From an uncultured Gammaproteobacteria bacterium (GTDB lineage: Bacteria; Pseudomonadota; Gammaproteobacteria; CAWCPV01): a stretch of 64,000 nt of DNA. Made by a program: the position numbers and the translations under genes. The first letter of the stretch is position 1. Every line of letters begins with the position of its first letter. Location: NCBI GenBank assembly GCA_963797555.1, contig CAWCPV010000009.1, positions 160,001-224,000 on the forward strand. Reading direction: 5' to 3'. The notes below the pieces were generated by a model. The model was not told where the DNA came from. It worked only from the letters and a program-made list of their open reading frames with translations, and did not search any database. Positions 1-9,783 of this stretch are shown in pieces.

Positions 1-34
1 CCCGAGTGGCGGCAAGCACCCCGGCCGGTTTTCC

Positions 35-622
35 GTGCGCACCCCGGTCGACGCCGGAGGGCATCCCCGGAGGGATGGTCGCCCTTTTCCCGCTGTGGCG
101 CTGAACGGCGCGTCGCTCCCTCAGCAGGCGAACCGCACCGACTTCGATGCGGCGGGCAGCGGCTGGATCAATGCTGGCCGTAACCTGGTGCTGGCAAAAT
201 CGCCGACGATGCCGGTGGCGACGGCCAAGTCGTTCACCTTTAGCTTACAGCCGGTCACCAGCACGACGTCGGTGAACTTCGTCTGCGACAACGGCGTGAC
301 CGCGCCAGGAGACAGCGTCTACGTGGTCGGCAGCATCGACAAGCTCGGCAACTGGGACCCCGCGAAGGCCGTCAAGCTCGATCCGAACATCTACTGGGAG
401 TATATCTACAATCCGCCTCCGGGACCGAGCGGTCCCGGCCCGTCGGCACCGGTCTGGACTGGGGTCATTGCCGATCTCCCGCCGAACCCCAGTTTCGAAT
501 GGAAATGTATCCGCCGCGCGGAGGACGCGGCGGGCGCTCCACTCTGGCAGCCCGGGGCGAACAACGTGTTCAGTGCCTCGGTCAAGTCGGGTTACGCCGG
601 GCGCACGTACGGCAAGTTCTAG
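35..622 (+). CDS. C-terminal CBM20 starch-binding domain (probably the 3' end of an amylase/CGTase-like gene; true start uncertain or upstream of window)
   Basis: VNFVCDNGVTAPGDSVYVVGSIDKLGNWDPAKAVKL...VWTGVIADLP...FEWKCIRR...WQPGANN matches the CBM20 pattern. Confidence 0.75.
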   Translation: MRTPVDAGGHPRRDGRPFPAVALNGASLPQQANRTDFDAAGSGWINAGRNLVLAKSPTMPVATAKSFTFSLQPVTSTTSVNFVCDNGVTAPGDSVYVVGSIDKLGNWDPAKAVKLDPNIYWEYIYNPPPGPSGPGPSAPVWTGVIADLPPNPSFEWKCIRRAEDAAGAPLWQPGANNVFSASVKSGYAGRTYGKF

Positions 623-624
623 CG

Positions 625-1692
625 AGACACGCGGTGTTGGACGGTGCCGGCCAGCCGGTGTGCTGCGAGCTGTGGTCAGGCAACACCTGCGATGTCACTT
701 CTCTGGTGCCCATCGTGGAGCGGCTGCGCACGCGCTTTGCTGTCGGGGAGCTGTGCGTGGTAGCCGACCGCGGCATGATCAGCCAGCCCACGCTCGGGGA
801 TCTCGAAGCGCAGGGCTGGCGCTACATCCTGGGGGCGCGCATGCGCCGGCACAAGGAGGTGCGCGAGGAGGTCCTGGCCCGAGCCGGCCGCTATCACGTG
901 GTCCATCCACCCGGTGCCCACGCCAAGGACCCTGCCCCCCTGCGGGTCAAGGAGGTCAACGTCGAGGGCCGCCGCTATGTGGTCTGCCTCAACGAGGCCC
1001 AGAAGCGCAAGGACGAGGCGGACCGTGCGGTCATCCTGGCGGCGTTGCGCGAGAAGCTCAAGCAGGGCGACAAGGCGCTCATCGGCAACCGTGGCTTTCG
1101 CAAGTACCTCGCAGGCCAGGGCGAGCGCTTCGTCATCGACGAGCAGGCGGTGCGCCGTGAAGCGCGTTACGACGGCAAGTGGGTGCTGCGCACCAACACC
1201 GACCTCAGCGCCGCCGAGGCGGCGCTGAAGTACAAGCAGTTGTGGATGGTGGAGGAGCTGTTTCGCGAAGCCAAGTCGCTGCTCGCCACCCGGCCCATCT
1301 TCCACCGCTGCGATGAGACCATCCGCGGTCACGTGTTCTGCTCGTTCCTGGCGCTCATCTTGCGCAAGGATCTCCAGGCGCGTCTGGAAGCCCGTGGCGA
1401 GTCCTTGGAGTGGGACGACATCGTGCGCGATCTCGATGCCCTCACCGAGACCGAGGTCTTGCACGAAGGCAAGCGTTTTCGCCTGCGGGCTGAAGCCCAG
1501 GGCACCTGCGGCAAGGTCTTCCAAGCCGTCGGCGTGGCCCTGCCGCCGACGGTGCGCCGCTTGGATGGCACCGCTCTGGCCTGAACCACCTATCCCCTCT
1601 CGGTCAGCGGCGTCCTGGTGCCACGCCCGCTCGCGACCGCCGCAAGTCATTGTCTGAACAGGGATCTGCTTCAGGGACTGTTGAAGATCAGT
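625..1692 (+). mobile_element. 5'-truncated IS1634-family element (transposase C-terminal part, stop at 1584)
   Basis: PVCCELWSGNTCD, VVADRGMIS, DGKWVLRTN, YKQLWMVEELFR...RPIFH...IRGHVFCSFLAL are IS1634-type DDE motifs; N-terminus absent; right boundary approximate. Confidence 0.75.
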
Positions 1693-1931
1693 CTTGCTGA
1701 CCCGAGCCTTGACCGCCTTGACCCCTGACCGTCCGAGGACTACCGTTGCTGGGGTGGGGGCCGTTGAAACTACTATCCGTCGATGATCAGGACGCTGAAG
1801 GTTTTTCTCAAGAACGTGTCGCTTTTCTCGGGCTCGACGAAGCCTGGGCCAGAAGGAATTCGTGACGATGGCGGCAGGCGCTTCGGGTGGGCTGGTGATC
1901 GCGTATCAAATCGGATACGGCCCTGGCGGCC

Positions 1932-2167
1932 TTCGGGGTTGGACCGCTACAGAGCGTGGGTGGAGTCGGCCTGGCGACGATCTACGGCGCGGGGAGCCTG
2001 CTCTCGGCCACCATGTTGGCGATGACGTACGTGCTCGTGCAACGGAAGTCCGTCGGTGCAGAGGCGAAGGGATAGTGTGCGGCAAAGTGAGGCTGCTGAG
2101 AGCCCGTGACTGAATTTGCTGCGCGTCTCGACTACGCGGCGAAGAGCCTGCAATCGATTCCCCGGCC
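1932..2167 (+). repeat. Copy 1 of a 236-bp direct repeat (3' end of an MFS-like membrane gene plus downstream DNA)
   Basis: Reads identical by eye to 8427-8662; encodes FGVGPLQSVGGVGLATIYGAGSLLSATMLAMTYVLVQRKSVGAEAKG*. Confidence 0.85.
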
Positions 2168-2229
2168 CTTGGCTGATGATCGTGGGTCTGTGGCTTGCGT
2201 CAGCGGTGCAGAGCGCGCAAGAGGAGTCT

Positions 2230-2480
2230 ATGCACATGCCGGACCCGCGCACTCAAGACGCCACCGCGCTCATGCTGGCTTTCGCGGAGCGTACCGGGCT
2301 CGTCTCCGAACGCCCTCCGCGGCGCTACCTGTGGACGGACGCCTTTGCGGTATGCAACTTCCTCGGCCTGGCGCGTCTGACCGGGGAGCAACGGTACACG
2401 GAGCTCGCTCTGCGGCTGGTCGATCAAGTGCATCACACGCTGGGACGGCATCGGGAAGACGATCCGCGTACCGGCCTGGA
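2230..2480 (+). pseudogene. N-terminal fragment of a conserved hypothetical protein
   Basis: MLAFAERTGL...RRYLWTDAFAVCNFLGL...LVDQVHHTLGRHREDD, then coding character is lost at ~2480. Confidence 0.5.
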
Positions 2481-3598
2481 TCAGCGGGCTGAGCCCGCTT
2501 GGGCTTCGCTGGTAGCCCCCGGAGGCTTGAGCGTAAGCCTACGTGAGCAGGCGGATATGCTAACATTTTGGAAGAAGCGGCCATCATGCTGTGGATGGTC
2601 TGGGAGAACGCGGGGGCAGTGTCATGAGGAAGCTGATATGGGCCATAGCCGCCAAAAATGAACCTCTTCTCGAAGTTTACCAGAGGGACTTTAACGGTTC
2701 TTACCGGAATCGTGTGGGTAGATATGCTTACGCTGCGGCAGCCTCTGCCTGAGGTCTGACACAAGATCGTGTGTTGAACGGCGAGGCCGGCAAGTGGGCC
2801 AGGTTGCCCGCGATGAGGTAGGCGATGGTGATGAGCGAGTGCGTGGTGCGGTAGCCCCGGGCGCGGGCTTTGGCGGCCTGGATGAGGGAGTTGATGCCCT
2901 CGGCGCGGCCGTTGGTGAGGCCGGAGTCGAACGCGGCGAGCACACCGTCCCAGTGGTCTTTCAGAGTAGCAGCGAGGTGTTTCATGGGTTGCAGGCGGCT
3001 ACGCCGTGCCCAGCTATACCAGCGCGTGAGCGCGGTCTCGGCCTGCTCGAGGGTGCTGGCCGTGGCGTAGATATCGCGCAGCGCCTCCTTGAGGCGCCAG
3101 GGGGCGCGGGAGAGCCAGTGAAAGTCGGTGAGCTGCTCCCAGGTCCAGTCGTGGGCGTCTTTGAGCCAGGTCCAGCGGGTGCCCCTGAGGGCGGGCTCGG
3201 TCTTGACCTCCTCGCGGCGCACTGTATCGACGGCCTGGTTGGCGAGCTGGATGACATGGAAGGCATCGAAGCTCACCGTGGCTTTAGGCAGATGCTTGGT
3301 CACCCCGGCGAGATAAGCGGCGGACAGGTCGATGCACACCTGCTCGATGGCCTGCGGGTCGCCCCCGTGCGCCTGGAGGTCGGCGGCAAAGGCCGCCACG
3401 GTGCTCCGGTCGCGGCCCTCGCAGGCGAACAGCAGGCGTTTGCCCGTGAGGTCATGGAACAGGCTGATGTAGTGCTGCCCACGCCGGGCGGCGGTCTCGT
3501 CCAGGCCCACGGCGCGCACCGGGGTGTCTGACGTCAATTACTCTGTCCGGTTGACGACAACTAGAATGGCCGCTCTGTAGTGTAGGCGGTAGTTGTCG

Positions 3599-4363
3599 TC
3601 AGCTCTTGTTCGATACCTCCTGGTTGCGGGTTGCTTGGCGCTTTCGGTAGCTCTGCCCGTTGAGCTCGATGATGTGGGCATGGTGGACGAGCCGGTCGAT
3701 GGCGGCGACGGCCATCATGTTGTCGGGGAAGATTGCATCCCACTCGCTGAAGGGGTGGTTGCTGGTGATCAGGAGACTGCCGCTCTCGTAGCGGTGGGCG
3801 ATGAGCTCGAAGAGCACGGAGCTTTCCATCTCGGTGCGCTTGACGTAGCCGATGTCATCGAGGACGAGCAGCGGGTACTTGTCGAGCTTGGCGAGCGCAT
3901 CGCTGAGCCTGAGGGCCTGTTTGGCGGTTTGAAGCTCCTGGACGAGGCTGGTTGCCGAGGCGAAACGCACCCGCACCCCTTGGCTGATGAGCCCGTGCCC
4001 AATGGCTGCGGCGAGATGGGTTTTGCCGACGCCGGAGGGCCCGAAGAGCAGGAGGTTGTCGGTGCGCTCGACCCAGGTGGCATCCTCGGCGAGCTGCACG
4101 ATCTGCTGGCGGTTCAGCCCGGCGCTGGCCGTGAAGTCGAAGTGCTGGAGCGTCTTGCCCGCGGGCAGGCGGGCATCGTTGAGGTGGCGCTCCAGGCGCC
4201 GCCGCTCGCGTTCGGCGAGCTCGTGCTCGCAGAGCGCGGCGAGATAGTCGGCGAGGCTCCAGTGGTGCTCGAGGGCCCGGGTTTGCAGCGGTTGATACAG
4301 CCGTGCCATGGTCGGCAGGCGCAGCTCCCTGAGCAGCAGGGGCAAGGTGGCGGCGTTAGCCAT
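3599..4363 (-). CDS. istB: IS21 helper ATPase IstB
   Basis: Walker A GPSGVGKTHLA, Walker B LLVLDDIGY, AAIDRLVHHA. Confidence 0.95.
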   Translation of the reverse strand: MANAATLPLLLRELRLPTMARLYQPLQTRALEHHWSLADYLAALCEHELAERERRRLERHLNDARLPAGKTLQHFDFTASAGLNRQQIVQLAEDATWVERTDNLLLFGPSGVGKTHLAAAIGHGLISQGVRVRFASATSLVQELQTAKQALRLSDALAKLDKYPLLVLDDIGYVKRTEMESSVLFELIAHRYESGSLLITSNHPFSEWDAIFPDNMMAVAAIDRLVHHAHIIELNGQSYRKRQATRNQEVSNKS

Positions 4364-5885
4364 GGCACACCTCCTCGGCGGCACTGCGGTGGGTGGCGGG
4401 CAGGAGCGCGTCATAGTCGGCCAGCGGGTGCTGAGCAGTGGCGCCGAGAGGGAGCGTCGCGGGGGCTGGCGGTGCGAAGCGTTGTTGCAGGGCGCTGAGC
4501 GTGGGCGATAGGCCTCGCTCCAGGGCGGCCAGCCAGTGGGTCCCCAGGGCCTCCTGGCACTCGTGCTCGGCGGCGAGCTTGAGTGCGCCGACCATGCGCT
4601 TGCAGGCGTCGGCGGGCGCAAGGGTAGCGTCCAGATGCTGCCAGATACGCTGATAGGTGGCATCCGGAAGCAGGGCGTCGCGGTACTGGAGCCGATAGAA
4701 GGCGCGGGGCTTCTTCACCAGCCATCCCACGAGATGGCGATAGTCGATGCGGCTCGCCCGGCGCTTGCCCGGGGCCGGGTAGACCCGCGGGAGGATGAGC
4801 AGGGCCTCGGTGCCGAGGAACAGCTCCAGGCGGGCGTCATAGAGGTGCACCCGCAGGCGCTCGCCGATGAGCCGCGCGGGGACCGAGTAGACCACCAAGC
4901 GCACGGTGATGGTGCTGGCGGTGGTGACCTTCACCCACAGCTCGGTGTAGTCGGCCGCGAAGGTCACCGGCAGGGGCCGCAGATGGGGGCGCTCGGCCTC
5001 GATGGCGGTGGCGTTACGCCGGTTGACGGCGGCGGTGACGGTGTCGAGAAAGTCCTGGTAGGACGCCACCGAGGGGAACTCGGCACTGCCCCGGGCCAGA
5101 AGGCGCTGCACGATACGGCGCTTCAAATGCCCGTGGGGTGACTCGATGCTGCCGTTCTCGTGGCAGGCCCCGGGGTTGTTGCGCGTCGGCCTCATCCCAT
5201 AATGGGCGCAGAGCGCCGCGTAGCGCGCCGCAAGGTCGTGCTGGGCCTCAGCCGAGAGGTTCTTGAACGCCGCCGAGAGGCTGTCAGTGCGGTGCTCGGC
5301 CGGTGCACCGCCCAGGCGCAGCAGCGCCTGGCTGAGCCCCTCGGCGAGCGCCGTGAAGCTCTCCCCGCCCAGCACCACCCGCACCGTGCACCAGCCGCTG
5401 TAGGCCAGGCGGAAATGGTAGAGGCGGTGGGCGAGCGGCTCGCCGGCGATGGTGACGGTGACGTCCTTGAGCACGGTGAAATCCGACAAACCCCGCAGTC
5501 CCGGGACCTGCTGCTGTGGGAACATCACCTCCTTCTCGGGTCCATGCGCCGCCCGCCAGGCCTTCACCCGGCGCTGCAAGGTGCGCAATAGCTTGTCCGG
5601 GTACTGGCCCGGATGGCGCTCCTGGAGCCCTTCCAAGAGCGTCAGCGCGTGCAGTGCCGGGGTGTGCTCAAGCAGTGGGACCAGCTCGCTGTCCCACACG
5701 GTGTCAAAGGGGTCGCGGCGCGTTCGATACCGCCGCGCGCCCCGCGGTGCTCGACGCTCGTCCCGCTCGTCAAGACGGCGCGCCGTGCGCTCCGAGAAAC
5801 CCGCCTTGGCGGCGGCGGTTACTTGGTTCTTACCTGCGGTTCTCTGTGACATATAGACCTTGACCTGTTGCGGTGTGACGGCCAT
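4356..5885 (-). CDS. istA: IS21 transposase IstA
   Basis: N-terminal HTH; GLSDFT, HRTDSLSAAF, HENGSIESPHGHLK DDE motifs; overlaps istB start. Confidence 0.95.
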   Translation of the reverse strand: MAVTPQQVKVYMSQRTAGKNQVTAAAKAGFSERTARRLDERDERRAPRGARRYRTRRDPFDTVWDSELVPLLEHTPALHALTLLEGLQERHPGQYPDKLLRTLQRRVKAWRAAHGPEKEVMFPQQQVPGLRGLSDFTVLKDVTVTIAGEPLAHRLYHFRLAYSGWCTVRVVLGGESFTALAEGLSQALLRLGGAPAEHRTDSLSAAFKNLSAEAQHDLAARYAALCAHYGMRPTRNNPGACHENGSIESPHGHLKRRIVQRLLARGSAEFPSVASYQDFLDTVTAAVNRRNATAIEAERPHLRPLPVTFAADYTELWVKVTTASTITVRLVVYSVPARLIGERLRVHLYDARLELFLGTEALLILPRVYPAPGKRRASRIDYRHLVGWLVKKPRAFYRLQYRDALLPDATYQRIWQHLDATLAPADACKRMVGALKLAAEHECQEALGTHWLAALERGLSPTLSALQQRFAPPAPATLPLGATAQHPLADYDALLPATHRSAAEEVCHG

Positions 5886-6669
5886 CCCTCCCCCCGAAGC
5901 ATCGGATGTCAGAACGCCGCCAGTGTGGCCGATCAACCGGACAAAGTAGTTGTCGCCAACCGGTCAACGTAATTGTCGCTCTATACCGGGGAGTGGTCCT
6001 CCTGGGCGCGGGCCGCCTCCACGTAGTGCTCGAGCACCCCCCACAGGCGCTCATCGCCCACGCCCAGGTGCCGGGCGACGGTCGCCACCGGCATCGCCTG
6101 GCACAGCGTCACCACCAGTGCCTCCATCAGCGCCGTGAAGCCACTCTGTGCGCGCGCCCACGGCGGCTCGACCTGAGTCGTCTTGCCGCAGCTCTCACAG
6201 CGCACTCGCGGCAGATGCGCGTGCAGGTCTGCCCGTGACTTAAAGAAGCTCAGGTGCTGCCAGCTGCGCTTGCGGGTATCATGCACCGGCTGGCCTGGCG
6301 CTCCGCACGCCGGGCAGGCGAAGCGGCTCCCCTTGGCAAAGGCCACCTCGAGGTCGATGCGCCCAGCCTCGGGGTCAAAGCGTACGCCGGTGACTTCCCA
6401 AGGCGCCGTGAGACCCAGTGCCGTCGTGAATAGATGCGTTGGCTCCATGGCGCTCCCCCCTTGATGGCCTGTGGATTTGTGGACGAGTCCTGCGGAGCGG
6501 CCCGCGTCCCAAGGACCGTGTGGACAACCTCCCGGTTGCCCACACTCGCGGGCCTCTCGCCCACAACCCCACAGGCCCAACCACAAGATGTTGTGATAGA
6601 CGATTGCTCAGAACGGATGCTACTCGACCACCACGATCCACACAATTACCGAAAGAGCCACTTTAACCC

Positions 6670-8322
6670 GTAGGTTTCTACCTTAGAAAAAGTATTAGTG
6701 TCGGCCCGTTGCGCTTCAATCTATCGAAATCCGGTATCGGCGTTTCTGCCGGTGTAAAGGGTTTACGCTTTGGTGTTGGGCCACGCGGCAACTACGTTCA
6801 TATGGGGCGGCGAGGGTTATACTACCGTGCAACTCTACCGGCGTCGTCCCGTTCTTCCGTCGCATCTGGCCGGCCCCCGCAGCCCGTCGCTCCGCAAGTA
6901 CCGGCAAATACACATGCGCCGCTTGAAGAGATTGAATCCGCCAACGTTCTACAAATTGTCGATTCGTCTTCGCGCGAACTCTTAAACGAACTGAACCAAA
7001 AACAAGGGAAGGTTCGCCTGTGGCCTATCGTAGTCGTCGTGTCCGGCATTGTTCTCGTTGTGGGGGTTGCTTCCAGTTGGCCTGCTTGGCTATTGGCGCT
7101 ACTTATTCTGGGTGGTTTCGCTGGAACGTACATTGCCCGCACCCGTGATGCTCTGGTAAAAACAGTAGTGTTGTTCTATGACTTCGACTCCGAAATGGAG
7201 AGTGCCTACGGCCACCTGCATCGCGCAGCAAGCGAACTCGCAAGTTGTGCAGCGATATGGCACATTGAGGCATCCGGGAAAGTCTATGACCGAAAGTATC
7301 ACGCTGGTGCCAGCAACCTTGTTCGTAGAAAGAATACGTTCATCCGGAAAGCTGAGCCACCGTACCTCAAAACGAACATCGAAACCGTCGCAATCGGTGT
7401 GGGTCGACAGGCGCTACATTTCTTCCCAGATCGCGTTCTTGTTTATGACAAAAACGGCGTTGGAGCGGTCGGTTACCAGGACCTTCGTATTGGCATTGGT
7501 ACCACGCGGTTCGTCGAAGGCGAAGCGGTTCCGAGGGATGCCAAGGTTGTCGATAGGACATGGAAATACGTTAACAAGTCTGGTGGGCCTGACCGCAGAT
7601 TCAAAGATAACAGAGAACTTCCTGTGTGTCTTTACGAAGAGATCACATTGTCGAGCCAAACGGGGCTGAATGAACTCCTGCAAGTGTCTCGCTGCGGATT
7701 CGGAAGCGCCTTCGGAGACGCTATTGCTCTCCTTGGAGAGAAAATGCCGAAAGAAAGTGGTGCTATGGCTATCTCCAAAGACAAGTCAAGTGCCCACGAG
7801 AAAGCGCGAAACTATGTGTTTCACACTGTTTTAAAAGATGAGGAGTCGCAAAACATTCGGGGAGATATTGGCGCAAAGTCTGGCCCTTCTGAAGAGCGCG
7901 GAGAAAAAGCTACAGAGAGTGGCCCACCTGGCGAGCACTCGCCGGAGGCTGCTGCCCCCGCCGCAGCACTATACGACCTTGTACTTACCGGACAGATTAT
8001 GCCGGGCGAGGATCTGGAGGCTGTCAAGCAGCGCCTGGCAAAGCTTTTACGGGTAGACACAGCGTGGGTGGAGAACCTGCTCTCGCAAGTGCCTGCCGTA
8101 GTCAAGAAAGACCTGACACCTGAGGACGCTAACAGATATCAGACCGCGCTGGTTAGAAAAACAGGCGCTGTGGCCGTGCTTCGGCCGCACGCGGGGGTGA
8201 GTGACAGCAGGCTGCGGGAGGAAGGTCCTAGTGCCCGCAGACGGCCTAGAAGCCTCGCTGAGAGGAGGAGGAATAGGAGAGACGGGATAGCCCTGGGCAC
8301 GTTCGGCGCTTGTGGGGCTTAG
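6670..8322 (+). CDS. DUF4236-domain membrane protein with a C-terminal L7/L12-CTD-like domain
   Basis: GFYLRKSISVGPLRFNLSKSGIGVSAGVKGLRFGVGPRGNY...GLYYR is the DUF4236 signature; TM hairpin; C-terminal YDLVLTG...VKQRLAKLL...VVKKDLTPEDA; lower GC; expected start codon reads GTA. Confidence 0.75.
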   Translation, partial: VGFYLRKSISVGPLRFNLSKSGIGVSAGVKGLRFGVGPRGNYVHMGRRGLYYRATLPASSRSSVASGRPPQPVAPQVPANTHAPLEEIESANVLQIVDSSSRELLNELNQKQGKVRLWPIVVVVSGIVLVVGVASSWPAWLLALLILGGFAGTYIARTRDALVKTVVLFYDFDSEMESAYGHLHRAASELASCAAIWHIEASGKVYDRKYHAGASNLVRRKNTFIRKAEPPYLKTNIETVAIGVGRQALHFFPDRVLVYDKNGVGAVGYQDLRIGIGTTRFVEGEAVPRDAKVVDRTWKYVNKSGGPDRRFKDNRELPVCLYEEITLSSQTGLNELLQVSRCGFGSAFGDAIALLGEKMPKESGAMAISKDKSSAHEKARNYVFHTVLKDEESQNIRGDIGAKSGPSEERGEKATESGPPGEHSPEAAAPAAALYDLVLTGQIMPGEDLEAVKQRLAKLLRVDTAWVENLLSQVPAVVKKDLTPEDANRYQTALVRKTGAVAVLRPHAGVSDSRLREEGPSARRRPRSLAERRRNRRDGIALGTFGACGA

Positions 8323-8426
8323 GCGAGAAGTCCAATCCCAAGATCTCTTGTGAGGGTAGCGTGACAGTTAGGGCGCGAACCTACGGCCCGCTGAACGTGT
8401 ATCAGATCGGATACGGGCTGGCCGCG

Positions 8427-8662
8427 TTCGGGGTTGGACCGCTACAGAGCGTGGGTGGAGTCGGCCTGGCGACGATCTACGGCGCGGGGAGCCTGCTCTC
8501 GGCCACCATGTTGGCGATGACGTACGTGCTCGTGCAACGGAAGTCCGTCGGTGCAGAGGCGAAGGGATAGTGTGCGGCAAAGTGAGGCTGCTGAGAGCCC
8601 GTGACTGAATTTGCTGCGCGTCTCGACTACGCGGCGAAGAGCCTGCAATCGATTCCCCGGCC
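8427..8662 (+). repeat. Copy 2 of the 236-bp direct repeat
   Basis: Matches 1932-2167. Confidence 0.85.
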
Positions 8663-8693
8663 ACCGAACGGGTAACCCAACGAAGGAGGAGAA

Positions 8694-9158
8694 ATGATCG
8701 ACCTTGCCCACATCCACCCTATGTTGGTTCACTTCCCGATCGTGCTGTTTCCGCTCGCGGTTGGTCTGCTATTCGTCGTGCTGGCGCGGGGTGGGGACCT
8801 CACGGCACGGGAGTGCCTGTCGGGAGCGGTCCTGGTCACGCTCCTCCTGGGAGCGCTCTCCGCGGTCGTCGCAGCCATTTTCGGGGACATGGCGCTGGAT
8901 AAGGCGCTCAGTCTCGGCTTCCCCAAGTCGGCCCTGGAGGAGCATGAGGACCTCGGCTTCTCCACCCTGTGGTTCTTCATCGTGCTGTCGGTGATCTACG
9001 GATTTGCCTGGTGGCGACGTTTCTCTTTGCGGCGCGGCAGGGGCTGGGTGATGTTCCTGGCGGGGCTGGCTGGAACCGCTCTCCTCCTGATCACGGCCTA
9101 CCACGGCGGCGACCTGGTCTACCGGTTGGGCGTCAATGTCCTGCCCGTCAAGCCTTGA
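8694..9158 (+). CDS. DUF2231-family membrane protein
   Basis: HPMLVHFPI N-terminal motif, four TM helices, TAYHGGDLVY...GV; RBS GGAGGA. Confidence 0.85.
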   Translation: MIDLAHIHPMLVHFPIVLFPLAVGLLFVVLARGGDLTARECLSGAVLVTLLLGALSAVVAAIFGDMALDKALSLGFPKSALEEHEDLGFSTLWFFIVLSVIYGFAWWRRFSLRRGRGWVMFLAGLAGTALLLITAYHGGDLVYRLGVNVLPVKP

Positions 9159-9783
9159 GCGAAGCGCCTGGCCTGGCGACCTCCCGCTGTCCGACTAAAG
9201 GGAGGGTGCGGTAAACGCAAGGCGGGACAGGTTTGTTTCTTGGGCCTCCCAAGAGTGTTGGCAGGGTCATGGTGTACGCTGCCACCGAAAGCTGCCAGGC
9301 ACGGAGTTTTTCAGTTTGCCTGGTAAGGTCGCAGGAACGTCGTTGGAAGCGAAAATATTCGCTGGCCAAGACGCGAGCCTCGCAAGGATGCTTGCGACGA
9401 CCTGCAGGAACGGCCCTCGCTGTCCGCGAACCGGTGAGCTTGCGGCAAGACGGGACGCTCACCGCCCCGTCTCCGAACGGCGTGGGGCGGGTACAGCACG
9501 GCACTAGTGGAACCAACCCAAGAGGGCGGGGTCACATGTGGCGTGGCGTTACGCGCGTCGTATTCCGACACGGCGGTGGGCTGAGGCGCAGGGGCCCATC
9601 TCTGCCAAGACCCGATAGAAAGCTATACCTGAGCGCACCGGGAATTCCCCCGTAGCCTGGGAAACGCCAGGCGCGATGCGCGGCCTGCGCTATCCCGGCG
9701 GCACTTGCCGCGTTCCCGATCTCTTGCTCCTGTTCCAACGGTACCCCTACCCGTCTGCGTCAGGCCGAGACCAACTGCCGATC

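Larger units (their letters stand above)
3525..5985 (-). mobile_element. IS21-family element
   Basis: Ends TGTCTGACGTCAATTAC / TATAGAGCGACAATTAC (rc); 6-bp TSD CCGGGG at 3519-3524 and 5986-5991; carries istA and istB. Confidence 0.93.
2696..6659 (-). mobile_element. ISL3-family element (copy 1), transposase split by a nested IS21
   Basis: Imperfect terminal IRs GGTTCTTACCGGAATCGTGTGG / GGCTCTTTCGGTAATTGTGTGG; 8-bp TSD ACTTTAAC at 2688-2695 and 6660-6667; transposase halves ~5992-6448 and 2728-3524; near-identical to 37229-38743. Confidence 0.95.
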
